DNA of 64,000 nt from contig OX597821.1 in the NCBI GenBank assembly GCA_951406725.2, positions 116,374,001 through 116,438,000 of the forward strand. Reading direction: 5' to 3'. Of this stretch, positions 39,409 to 51,972 are shown piece after piece (the first letter of the stretch is position 1; each line of letters opens with the position of its first letter). The notes under the pieces were generated by a model, which worked only from the letters and a program-made list of their open reading frames with translations, did no database searches and had not been told where the DNA came from. The position numbers and the translations under genes were made by a program. Source of the DNA: Octopus vulgaris. Taxonomy: Eukaryota.

Positions 39409-40130
39409 CATACATATATTTGTGTGTATGTATCTATATATACATATACACATCAATGTCTATAACTATGTATATATACATGTGTGTGTACATATACATA
39501 CCTACGTACATATATGTTTATGAATTTGTGTTGCAAGATAAATATATATATATGTACACACACATATATACATACATATATATTTACATACATACACACA
39601 CACACACAAACATATATATATATATATATACCTAATTTTGCAAAGAAAAGGAATGTTAACAGTGATGCCAAAATTTCACCGACAACTGGTGAAATAGCAA
39701 AGTCACTGTCAACCTTTTCTTTGCAAAATTAAATGAAATACTATGATTGAATGATTTAAATGACCATTCCATTTGTCTTCATATATAACTATACATAAAT
39801 ACAAACAACATATATATATATACATATATGTGTGTGTGTGTGTGTGTTTATGTATATATATATATGTATATATATGTATGTATGTATACAGACACATATC
39901 CATGCATATATATATACATATATTCATATATATATATATATAGGTGTTTATGATTGTATGTGTGTGTGTACAATATCTATGTTTATATATATTGTATACA
40001 TTATATATTTATGTATGTATATACGAGATATATATTCATATATATATGTATGAGATATACATATGATATATATTCATATTATATATACATATATTTATAT
40101 ATACATGCACACATACATGTACATGTATAA
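38930..40130. repeat. Compound (TA)/(CA)/(TG) microsatellite field containing inverted repeats
   Basis: Directly visible; see findings for the internal palindromes. Confidence 0.95.
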
Positions 40131-40664
40131 GTGTGTAAAAGCACGTCTATATAAATATTTTTTGTAAATTATTGTAAGGATGAAATGTCACAATCAGTAG
40201 AAGTTTCAGACTAAAATGTCCATATAACTCAATATTAATATTCATATACTATAAACATTATATTTATTTTCCTAAATAGCATGTATATTTGTATAGCTTT
40301 TATATACATATACTGAAATTTATATAGGTTGCATAAAATCCATGACTTCCTTATATGTCAAATGATATGAAATAATGTCAAGCTAAATTGTTATTTTAAA
40401 AGGCTAATATCTAAGAAATCTTATTTGAAAGTGAAGTTATTTGTCGTAAACTACTTAGTACTACTGTAACAGTTTAGAATAATGGAATTACACACTACTT
40501 ATTAAGAACTGTAACCACAATGAAGGAAGTATAGACAGAAAGCTTTTTCGCAAAAGAGCTTGTCTATTATATACACAGTAACAAACAAGTGTCTCAGTAT
40601 TACTAAAGCAACTTTATACTCAAGGGAAAAAACCGCTTCAAATAATAGTCATTACTAACAAAAC

Positions 40665-40677
40665 AATAATAATAATG

Positions 40678-40722
<45 letters not shown>

Positions 40723-40876
40723 TTAATAATAATAATAATAATAACAGCAATAATAATAATAGCAATATTAATGATTATAGTGATGCTGATTATGGTGATG
40801 ATGAGCTTATGTATACAATTAACTCATTATTATTAATAAATAAAAAAACATTTAAAAGATATAGAAATTAATATTA

Positions 40877-40925
<49 letters not shown>

Positions 40926-40944
40926 TACTACTATTATTATTATT
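40665..40944. repeat. (AAT)n tract (40665-40760) and (ATT)n tract (40880-40944)
   Basis: Directly visible. Confidence 0.95.
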
Positions 40945-41358
40945 GAGACAGCAAGCTGGCAGCATTTCGTTTGTCTTTACATTCTGAGTTCAAATTCCAC
41001 CAAGGAATTAAGTACCAGTGAAACACTGGGGTCGATGTGATTGACTTACCCCTCCCCCAAAATTTCAGGTTTTGTACCTTTAATAGAAAGGGTTATTATT
41101 AAATGAAAAACATTAAAAAAATATAGAAACTATCATTATTATTATTATTATTATTATCATCATTAAGGTAGTAAGCTGGCAGAATTGTTAGCATACTGGG
41201 CAAAATGCTTATGTTCTGAGTTCAAATTCTGCCAAGGTCAACTTTACTTTCATCCTTTTGGGGTTGATAATATAAATACCAGTTGAGTACTGGAATTGAT
41301 GTAACTGTCTTACTCTCTTCTCTGAAATTACTGACTTTGTACCAGATTTTGAAACTAT
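40945..41358 (+). mobile_element. Two tandem copies of the GAGCTGGCAGAA..GTTCAAATTC..AAGTACCAG SINE family (Nin/Deu-domain-like)
   Basis: Copies at 40945-41094 (internally deleted) and 41166-41358; homologous to 54771 and 62598. Confidence 0.85.
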
Positions 41359-41608
41359 TATTATTTCCATAATTTTAAAACCTCTTCTTAGCATTATCGT
41401 TATTTTATAACTTCGAGTTGTGATTGTTAATCTATTTTGCTAAAGAAATAAATGTTTTTATACTAATTATTTTCTTCAAATTGAAAAAAGTAAAGATTTT
41501 TTAAAATTGATAAATGTAGGAGATAAAACTAATCTTTAATATTAATTTAATCATTTGAAAGTAAGAGATGTTTATTTTGATTTCTCATTGCATATGTGTG
41601 TGAGTGGG

Positions 41609-41654
<46 letters not shown>

Positions 41655-42100
41655 GTTGTCGTTTAACATCCGCTTTCCATGCTGGTATGGGTTGGATGGT
41701 TTGACTGAGGACTGACAAGCCAAGAGGCTGCACCAGTAGTAAAGTTTCTACAGCTGGATGCCCTTCCTAATGCCTACCACTCCAAGAGTATAGTGAGTGC
41801 TTTTTACATGCCACCAGCATGGGAGCCAGTCATGTGGCACTGGCATCAGTCATGCTCAAATGGTGCTTTTTACATGCCACCAGGATATATATATATATAG
41901 TCCTAGTGACACAGAAACAAATGCATCCAATATACACTGTAAAATGATTGGCTTCAGAAAGAGCATCCAGCTATAGAAAGCATGCCAAAGCTGACATGGG
42001 AGCTCAGCACAGACCTGCAACTTACCAGCTCCTGTCAAACCATCCAACTCATGCCAGCATGGAAAACAGCTGTTAGATGATTATGATGATGATGATGATA
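41655..42100. mobile_element. Two RTE-LINE-tail elements in opposite orientation: minus (41655-41880), plus (41910-42100)
   Basis: CCATGCTGGTATGGGTTGGATGGTTTGAC vs GTCAAACCATCCAACTCATGCCAGCATGG. Confidence 0.85.
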
Positions 42101-42439
42101 TTTTTAGTTGAATTAGAACAAAATATCTGCAATAGATGAAATCTGTGCAGTGACAACGATGATAGCTATTGTGGTTATTTTCATATTCAGTTGCAATAGT
42201 TAAATGAAATTAGTTTTACAAGGGGAAAAAACTTAAACAGTGTATTAAATTGATTCTGCAAGTACAAAATTAATTAAATATTTTTGTACACATATTTTTC
42301 AACAAAATTTTATCTTGAACTGTATAATATATATTACTAAACTTGCATGATACTTTGAAATTAAAATACTTATAAAATTTCCAAAATTTCCTTGAAAGAT
42401 TTCTTAGTTAAATTCATCAACTCAAGTACTTATTTTTTA

Positions 42440-42705
42440 GTTGGTATTTACTCTAATGGTCTCTTTTGCTGAACTGCTAAGTTATAGTTATGTAAATAAA
42501 CCAGCATTGGCTGTCAAGCAGTGGGGAGGTGACAAACACAGAAACAAAGATGTGCGTGTGTGTGTTTGCATATGTGATGGGCTCCCATGCAGTTTCTGTT
42601 TACAAAATTCACACGGAAGGCTTTGGTCAGCCTGGGACAATAGTAGACGATACTTGCCCAAGGTACTGTGCAGAGAATTGAACCTGAAATCAAATGGTTG
42701 CAAAA
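42440..42705 (-). mobile_element. tRNA-derived SINE
   Basis: AAGGCTTTGGTCAGCC..ATAGTAGACGATACTTGCCCAAGGT; homologous to the head at 51530. Confidence 0.7.
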
Positions 42706-43422
42706 CAGTAGAAATCAGAAATACTGAAATAAATTTAAATATTAGGAAACCTTTTGCTATGATAATGAACTATATAAGAAGGCCAGCTCATTTCTTCTAG
42801 GTGTTATAAAGTTGATTGCTTTGTATAGCAGTTGAACATACTATGCTACTAACAGCAGAAGGAGAATTAGGGTGTCTTCTCTCAACAAATCATGAAATGA
42901 TGATCCATCAGGAGAATCCCCACCTGGTTTTTTTTTTTTTTTGTTTTGCACACCATAATCATAGAAGGAATGCACTTACATTCTTATATAGGTCATAATC
43001 ACAATCACGGCTTTTTAATAGTCATATGAAAGTATACTACTGAGAGGTAAACTGCTAGACGTTCTGTCTAAAATGGCAAACAATTTATGACTGTGCAAGA
43101 GAAATTACCATATTTGATGCCATAAAAAGTACATGGATATATTAGACACACCCCAATTTCAGCAGCACATACTTACTCGGGATAAAGAGCATTAAGGACA
43201 AAATTAGCGTATGGGGGGGGGGGGCTTATTTCATATGTAGGGGATTCTTTTGAGACATGTTTTTGGAAAAGGTGTGTCTTATATGCCTTCAAATACATTA
43301 TACTCACATGACCTTCCTAGTTGTTATTTCTACAATTTTGTTCATCGAGATTGAAACAATTCCGGCTCATATTTTGATTGGTTCATTTCTAATAGTCATT
43401 AAATCCCCTATTTTTTTTTATT

Positions 43423-43438
43423 ATGAAATTTTCACTCG
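43423..43438 (+). CDS. Candidate alternative first exon C: MKFSL + 1 nt (phase 1)
   Basis: ATGAAATTTTCACTCG|GTAAGG; same phase as exon A; upstream unique sequence with CpGs. Confidence 0.3.
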
Positions 43439-44244
43439 GTAAGGTATAAGCTTGGAATCCCTGCTACTGAAATTAGGTAAAGGTTCTGAGTTTGAAATCA
43501 GCATAAAGGAGTATTCAATAAGTCACATGATGGTGAGTAGATAATGCTAAATGGTAATACCAAAATATAGCATAGGAAAATGAAAAATAAAAAGGGAAAG
43601 AAGACAGATGAGACTTGTTATTAGATATTGTTTTTTAGGTGTAAGGTCAAAGAGGATGTATCAAAGAGGAATATTGCATAATGTTTATTTATGCCTGTTT
43701 TCTAGTAGAATGAAATGGTTTCAATCAAAAGTTAAAACTAGTCGACTGACCTTAGCTTACTGGAACTTTATCTTGCCCAATTACTTGTCCTCTGAGAAGA
43801 AGAAGAAGCTTAAATAAATAAAAGCATGATACCAGAACAAATATTTCATTTGATTTTAATCTGCATGAAACATGTATTATTTTATTGGCTTATTTCCCCC
43901 TTCGTTCTAATGATAGGAGCTTAAATGCAAAATGTGTATACATACTCACACATAAACACACTGACACATTAACACGCATACACACACACACATCATGTGA
44001 TTAGCATGGCTGTAGATATGTAAATAAAAGTTTATGTTAATTGGGGAGAAGCCTATTTTAAAATCTTTAAAAGCAGATTTAGTTTTTTCTTTAGTAAAGA
44101 GAAGGCAGTATTCCTCATGATGGGAAGGGACAGCCCCTTCACCTTAGGGGAAATATGTGACAGACCAGACAAATTGCTATATTTGATAGAGCTAAGATGG
44201 TTTTCAATCTTTTAAACTTGTCCAACACTATGGTAAAGAAAGTG

Positions 44245-44502
44245 CTGCTATATGGTCTAGTGGTTAGGATGTTATGCTCATGATTTCAATCAACCATGGT
44301 TTCAATTCCTAGACCAGATGGTATATTGTATTATTGAACAAAACACTTCATTCCACATTGCTCCAGCTGTCAGTAGCCTGGGGTCCCATTCAGGGGGTTA
44401 TTGTGATCTTGGTGACTTATATGCCACAGAAACTAGGTAACCAATGTCGTGAGTCTTAGGACTCAAGGTAGTAATGTCCAAGGATTGATGATGATGATGA
44501 TG
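44245..44502 (+). mobile_element. tRNA-derived SINE
   Basis: TGGTCTAGTGGTTAGG A box, GGTTTCAATTCC B box, core TTGAACAAAACACTTCATT, (GAT)n tail. Confidence 0.75.
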
Positions 44503-45614
44503 GCGATTAAACATGCTCATTACTATCATAAAGAATCATATGGATGCAAGGTATTTTGTGTTCTCATTCATAAAGAAGGAGTGGAGTGGAGGAAATCCGA
44601 TGCACTTTCCCTACATCAGCCCATTGGATTGGGGGAATTTCGGTTATGTTTGGTGGGGGTCTGAGTCTGGTACTTGTTTACTTGAGAATCACATGAATGA
44701 GAAAGGTAGAAATATTCATCCTTTTGTGAAATGAATTTATTAATGTTTGGTGTTATTTAGTATAAACTCTAAATGATAATCTGCTATCTTTTTGGCGTTT
44801 ACTTGATTATTAGCAACAAGTTGAGTAATTAACCTCATTAAATATTCTAAATTTTGAATAATTGATTTAGTAAGATTATTGTTTTTATTATCTTTACCTG
44901 AAAAGTGATATCAGTGCTGTAAAGCACACCTAGTGCCCAGTTCACAAGACAAACTTTTCTCTTTGAAATACGAAAATTATGTGGTACAGAGTTCTGTGTG
45001 AGGGATTAAGCTTTCTCTTTCCCTTTCTCTCTCTCTGTCTCTCTCCTTCTCTCTCTCTCTTTCTCCTCTTTCTTGCTCACTCTCTCTCTTACACACATGC
45101 ACACACACATACTCACAAACACCTAATTTTTAATTGATCATTTGAACAAATTACTAAAATAACTAATCAGTTTAACTCATGATTATTTATGTTAAACATA
45201 CCTCTCTATTTATGCCAACATGTTTTGAGCTGTTAAGAGTGAGAGGCCTTTATAACAATCTGGCTTGCTAGAAATAACACCTAAATTTCCTTCAAATTAT
45301 ACTTTACTGCCTTAGAAATTCTCTACACTTAGAAAACAGATGGGATGGTCACTGGTAGAATGCCTTTGATCATAGGTTTCTCTAGTATCAAACAGTAACA
45401 ACAGTAACAATATGCTTGAACTAGTAAGAAAGCTTCTATAAAGTTTCTCAATCTGTTAAAAAAAAATAGTATTAAAGTATTTGTTATATAAAATTATACC
45501 AACTTGAAAAAATGGATGTGGAAACATTGGGTAATGTCATACTAGGTCCATTATGCCTGAAAGAAAAAGTATGTAATGGTTATGACAGGAATACCTTTGA
45601 ACTTAAAAGTGAGT

Positions 45615-45865
45615 ACTGTCTTGAATCCTGAAACTCATAGGCCTGGTACCCAGTTTGCATGGTGTGTAAGGGACCAAGATCACAACATTCACTCTGAACG
45701 GGATGCCAGTCTGTTACAGGGTTACTCATGTACAGCTGAATGCACTGGAGCAACATGAAATGAAGTGTTTTGCTCACAAACGCAACGCACCACCCCATCC
45801 AGGAATTGAAACCATGATCTTGGGATTGTGGGTGCAATACTCCAAACACTAGGCCATATGCTTTT
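45615..45865 (-). mobile_element. tRNA-derived SINE
   Basis: CACTGGAGCAACATGAAATGAAGTGTTTTGCTCA..GGAATTGAAACC..CACTAGGCCA. Confidence 0.8.
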
Positions 45866-46110
45866 GCCTTTAAGCATAGATCTGTTCAGTTATGGTTAAT
45901 CAACAACACCACAGTTGTGCTTTCCTTCAGGGCAATATCTATGTTCTACCACTTGTAGTGTCAAAAATATAGCATTCATTTTAAAAAATTCAGGTATTGT
46001 TGTTGTAGTAGTTTAACTCTGAGGTCAACACTGACTTGTAAGCAAAGGTATTCCAAACAGGACCATCCCATCATTTTTATATATCTAACCCATTTTGTAA
46101 TGTGTCCAGC

Positions 46111-46461
46111 ATGTAAAAAGCACCATTCAAGCATGACCAATGCCAGTGCCACTTAACTGGCACCCATGCCAGTGGCATGTAAAAAGCACCATTCAAGTGT
46201 GGTCGATGCTAGTGCTGCCTGACTGGCACCCATGCTGGTGGCATGTAAAAAGCATAATTCAAGCATGGTCGATGCCAGTGCCACCTGACTGGCTCCCATG
46301 CTGGTGGCACATAAAAAGCGCACACTAGACTCTCAGAGTGATTGGCATTAGGAAGGGTATCCAGAAACCTTGCCATATTAGATTGGAACCTCGGGCAGCC
46401 ACCTGGCTTGCCAGTCCTCAGGAAAGTGGATGTTAAATAATGACAATGATAATGATGATGA
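46111..46461 (+). mobile_element. RTE-LINE-tail element with a 66-bp internal tandem repeat
   Basis: Units start at 46111, 46177, 46243 and (partial) 46309, then family core and (GAT)n. Confidence 0.85.
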
Positions 46462-46876
46462 GAAGGGTGTGATTTGAAGAAATTTAGCAGCTATTTTTGC
46501 ATGTATGCTCCTTTGTTGGCTCTATAAAAATGATTGGCAAATTTATGAGGAATGTGAAATATATGGTGTCTTATGATAGGGTTATGAATGATTATATATC
46601 AGATTAACAGCATGCATCTTTATCATAAATAGCTGATGCCATTGTTGGTTTCATCTCTCACCCAGTAAAGAAAGTTAATTCCTTTCAGCACATAATAACC
46701 TACTAATGTATAACGTGCCTCTGTCAGTACTAGAATTATTGACATAAGAAGATACTATAAGCACTAACAATGGTGATTTCCCTGTCACACTAGTAGTCAC
46801 CCTATTACCAATACATGTGGTATCTTTTCCAAGCAGTGATATATCATGTCATGGAATTAATTTACTCTTCTTACAG

Positions 46877-46955
<79 letters not shown>

Positions 46956-47089
46956 GGAAAAAGATTAGAGATTTATACAAATCAAATGTTTATATATAAA
47001 ACAGATGGAGGTGGAAATAGCACTGAATTAAGTCTAAGACATTTCTGTTTAAGAGGCAATTTAATGAAAGAGTATATAAATAAAAATAT

Positions 47090-47162
47090 TAATGTTACCA
47101 GTTTTGATGTATTTCATATATATATATATATATATAAGATGAAATACATCGAAACCGGTAAC

Positions 47163-47166
<4 letters not shown>
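47090..47166. repeat. Palindrome with 27-28-bp arms around (TA)n, containing a Penelope-type hammerhead-like motif
   Basis: 47091-47117 vs 47139-47165, 25/27 complementary; right arm GATGAAATACATCGAAACCGGTA. Confidence 0.8.
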
Positions 47167-47241
<75 letters not shown>

Positions 47242-47639
47242 AGTCCCCTTGGAGGCAGTTATTAATCATTTTCTCATAACATTTGGTGGGATCAGAAGTT
47301 TGAATCTGAAATTGATGTATAAGGAAGAAGCATGGAGTATACATATCTAATTTGTTTTGCTTATTGTGAAATTTTTGGTGAACTGGCATAGACATCAGAG
47401 TGCCTAACAGAATACTATGCTGCTTTTATTTCAGTTCAAATCCCATCATGGCTAACCTTTCTTCCTTTTGGGGTTGTTAAAAATGTTCCAATCCAGGGTG
47501 GTGAATTGTTGTAACTGTTAGAACAGTTGACTGAATACCTTGCAGCAGTTGTCCTTGTTGTTTGCATTTTGGGAACCGACCTATCATGGTTTACTTGGGT
47601 GGTAGACTTGATCTATTTATCTATATATGTATAACTAAC

Positions 47640-47952
47640 TGGCACTCTTTCGGTTACAAGAACGAAGGTTCCATTTGATCCTATCAATAGAACAGTTTGC
47701 TTGTGAAATTAATGTTCAAGTGGTTGAGCACTCCACAAACACACATACTCTTAACATAGTTCTCAAGGAGTTTCAGAATAACACAGAGTGTGGCCCTTTG
47801 AAATACAGATACAACTCATTTTTGCCAGCTGGGTTGACTGGAACTACATGAAATAAAGTGTCTTGCTCAAGGACACAATATGCTACTGGGTATCAAGTTC
47901 ACAACCTTATGATCATGAGCCAAATATCCTAACCACTTGGCCACATATCTCC
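47640..47952 (-). mobile_element. tRNA-derived SINE, full length
   Basis: Tail homologous to 21050-21219; core AAGTGTCTTGCTCAAGGACACAA; head CCTAACCACTTGGCCAC. Confidence 0.8.
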
Positions 47953-47998
47953 ACTTTACATATGTATATAAAACACACACATATATAGCCATCTATGT

Positions 47999-48599
47999 AT
48001 CATACTTAACGTATATTCACCGATGACTGGCAAGAGGCTGCAGTTTTCATCTGAGATAAAATCTCTAATAGATGTACTATCTCAAAAACACAACATATAT
48101 TAGAAGGAGATGAAAAACTGTCCTGGCAGAAGCTGGCAAGAATACCGCATGCATACCAGCTTTCTTGGGCCTTGTCAATGATATGTTTTAGCAAACCTGG
48201 ACAAAATTTTTCACCTCCAGTATATAGAAGACAGGATATAGTACATTCACTGATATGTGAATAGCTGCCAGGCTGAACAAAACTCCGATGCACATAACTT
48301 AAATGAAAATCACTTATAGATGTGCTGTGTTCAAATTGTCCTGGCAGCAGCTAGCTGTTTCCTATACATAAGAAGCAACAATTTTTGTCTAGGCATGTGG
48401 CTACTGGTACACATCATTGACAATGCCCAAGAAGGCTGAAATGCATCTGGTGTTCTAGCTGGTACCAGGATGACTTTCTTGTTTCACTCTGATACTTATT
48501 GTGTTTTTATTGCAACTTATTTACAAGAGATTTTATTTCAGATGAAAACCACAGTATCTTGCCTTTCAAGTGTGTATACTTATGTATGTTAAGTATGAT
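47999..48599 (+). other. ~600-nt rod-like imperfect RNA hairpin
   Basis: About ten nested colinear helices including 18-, 38- and 30-bp stems; see findings. Confidence 0.9.
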
Positions 48600-49759
48600 A
48601 TATTGATGCCATTTGTATTTAAACTGTTTCAGTTGTGTGTGGTATATAAATACTCTCACACACACACACATCCAAGAATGTTATTCCAGAAACATGATTG
48701 CAAATTCAGTAAATATATGCCAGGTTTCATGCTCTAGAAATCCCCCTCACTTTGAGACTAAAATCTAAACCACCCTGTGGACTAACAGCATCCTGGCTAC
48801 CATGATCTAGTCCAATCACTGGCTTCATCAGGAATTTTCAAAGATTTACAAAACTATATATACTGATAAAAGTTTTGTAGGGTACTTATGTATGTCTTTT
48901 ATTTATCAATGCATTTAATAACTTTTAAGTATAAATAATATTAGAATGAAATTTACAACTCAACAAAACATTTAATACCTGTATAAAATATGCCACTTGG
49001 CTTCTTAAATAAACAAATAGCAAAATGGAAAAGCTATAAACAATGACTAAATTTTAATTTTTTTTTAATAACAGCATTTAGTTCTAACATTGATCTTCTG
49101 GCAATTGAACCCAATTTATCTGTCACCATTTAAATTGAAATGAATTATTATTAAATATCTACATTTATGTGTTATTATAGAACACACTCACATGCATATA
49201 TATAAAATTATGTGAAAGATGAAAATGGTTTCATATAAATAATTATATATTAAAACAGATCTAACAGTTTATGTCTTTGATAAATTTATCGAAATAAAAC
49301 TATTTTATTGTGTTTTTTTTTAATATGAGAAATCATATTATGAATTTAAAATTTTGAATTATATACAATTATAAAGAAACTAATTTGAATACCATTTTAC
49401 ATTAATCTAAAAATATCTTCTGGCTGAAAAATTTCCATTAATAATTATTTGTGTAAATATTGTGAACAAATTATATTAATAATTTAGCTTATAAACTAGA
49501 TTTTCAAGGAAATTATCTGAATAATTGTAACATTTATCTTAATTAAGTCCATTCTCTTAATTTATCCAGGCATTATTTAAACATATTAAAAATAATATGG
49601 ATAAATATTTCACTGATTATTATTGTTATGGTAGTTATATTTAAACCATTTATTTTTATAATCTCTTGCAAGCCAGTTTATTTACACTAGAAACAGACAT
49701 CTTAATCTGTGAGACTTAAAAAAAAAAGATTCGTCAGAATACAAGCTGTCACACTAACC

Positions 49760-49778
49760 ATGAAAAAGATATTTAGCT
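49760..49778 (+). CDS. Candidate alternative first exon D: MKKIFS + 1 nt (phase 1)
   Basis: ACCATGAAAAAGATATTTAGCT|GTATGT; Inr-like CCAGTT at 49672; a small GC-richer island inside very AT-rich repeat-free flanks. Confidence 0.4.
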
Positions 49779-51457
49779 GTATGTATGACATGGAACTCAG
49801 TCTAACCAATCAGTATACTTTAACAAGAACTGGTTTGCTGGGAATAGAGTTTATTGATCCGGTCTCTCCCAGCCAACTTAAAAAGAGTTGGGTTATACCA
49901 TTTCAGACGTAGAGAGTAGCAGGTTTTTATTGCTATGTGAAAATTTCACTTGCTATTTCAATGAATTTCATTTTTAACAAACTGGGTTTTCTTCTTTTTA
50001 TCAATAGATATTTTATGAATATATAGTAAATTTTTTTTAATGCACTTGGTAATAAGGTATTACATGAGATGCTCTCAAAATAAAATTTAATTTCCTAATG
50101 CACTTAGTAATGAAGTAACTCTAATAATAAGCTTAATTTATTCTGAAAAATAATTTTTTTTTTCATCTTATACATAAATCAAATGATAAACCAATTCAGG
50201 AATTAAGGCAAAGATTTAGATAAATTCTCAACATTTCTTTAAATGAATATTTACGTAAAGTAACTAGTTTTATTTTAGATTTTTTTTTATCAGAAATGTT
50301 TTAAACATTTTGTCGTGTTTTAGTGATATAGAATCAACATTTTATTTTACATGTTTGATAATTAAATAAAGAGAGGTATATCATTGTTACTTTATTCTTT
50401 TTGATACAGTTAAATTGATTTTCCCTTTCTACTTTTGGGTTTATTCCCTACACACACATGAAAAATTTATCTGTCTGTAACAACTATTTCCTTCTCACAT
50501 TTTTCTTTCTGTATTTATATCTTGAATTTATATATAAACTTTGAATATTTCCAAGGTGTATTTATAAATATACTTCACCTGCTACTTACAATATTCAGTA
50601 ATTTCTGTATTTTTAAAAATATATTTGTTTCAATAATTAGTCCTTTAATATATAAGAATAATTATCTACTTAGGTGTAAAGTATTTTTTTAACTTCTCAT
50701 AAATTTCAAGACATTTTCTATTTTATATTGAGTAAAAGTGATATCATCAATATAAAATTCACACATTTTTATTAAATAAAATATTTTACATACAACTTTT
50801 TTATAATTTTTATCATCCTAAAAGAAAATATTAGTTTTTCTCCCCACTTACTATTTGTGCATCTTTTTCTAACAATATCTGAACAGATTCTTTGCAATGC
50901 AATATCATTCACCACTCAAATTACATTGTGTTTTGTATTTGATGTGTTAATCACATGATTTCATAGCAAAATGCTTTACCTAAGTGTCATTACTGAGATT
51001 CAAACATACATTGTCCTGCATCACCTTTGATAATCTGCTATTCTTGTACTAAATATTTGATAAATCCTCTAAAGAGATTTTGTCGGTCTATTATAATACC
51101 TGACATTGTTCATGTGATATAGATTAGAGTTTTGCCATAGTTAAATATTAAATCTGTATGTGCACAGACATATACATTTAGGCATAACCGTATGGTATGC
51201 ACCTTAAAGTAGATTTTGTGTATAGAATTATTAATTTAATTTATTAGCAATATATATGGAACCAATCTGGCTGCAAGTACAGGGAAAATGGCTTTAAGGT
51301 TAGATTTTGTATCCTACATGCCGGGATATAAAATTATATCTCAGAGGCAAACATACTGAATGTGTGAATACACACACACACATACACACACACATATGTG
51401 TTATGTGGTCATGTTGGCCTGTTCAATCCATGCTATTACGCTATTGTTATCTAATAC

Positions 51458-51495
<38 letters not shown>

Positions 51496-51529
51496 ATGTA
51501 TGTATGTATGTATGTATGTATGTATGTAT

Positions 51530-51708
51530 GGCATGGTTATCTGGTTAAGAAGTTCATTTCATGACCACATAATGCCAGGTTCAGTCTCACTGCATAGCAC
51601 CTTGGGCAAGTGTCTTTTACTGTAGTTGTGAGTGGATTTTGGAGATAGAAACTGAAAGAAAACCTTTGTATATTTATGTGTGTGGTTTGTGTGCCTTGTA
51701 TGCATGTA

Positions 51709-51752
<44 letters not shown>

Positions 51753-51972
51753 CATGTATTTTTTCTTGACATCACATAATATTTGTGAGTGTCACCATCA
51801 TACAAGTGGTATTCATTTCCAGTCTTCCATGAAAACATGTCCAGCCATGGGGGAATTATTAGCTTGCATGGAAAGATGTGAAAAGGCATCTAGCCATAGA
51901 AAATCTGACTCAATAAACTCTCTCTGATACAGGCAAGCATGGAAGAGTGGATATTGTAATGATGATGATGAT
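51530..51972 (+). mobile_element. Full SINE: tRNA-like head, internal (GT)n, RTE-type tail with (GAT)n
   Basis: TGGTTAAGAAG..GGTTCAGTCTCACTGC..CACCTTGGGCAAGTGTC..GTGAGTGGATTTTGG; tail GCAAGCATGGAAGAGTGGA. Confidence 0.8.

Noticed and set aside
46111-46330. CRISPR-like array
   Set aside because: Whole units are repeated without unique spacers, inside a eukaryotic retroelement.
48054-48263. ~69-codon open frame in the left arm of the 600-nt hairpin (possible edited exon with ECS)
   Set aside because: Bounded by stops, no clear splice sites, no recognisable protein similarity.
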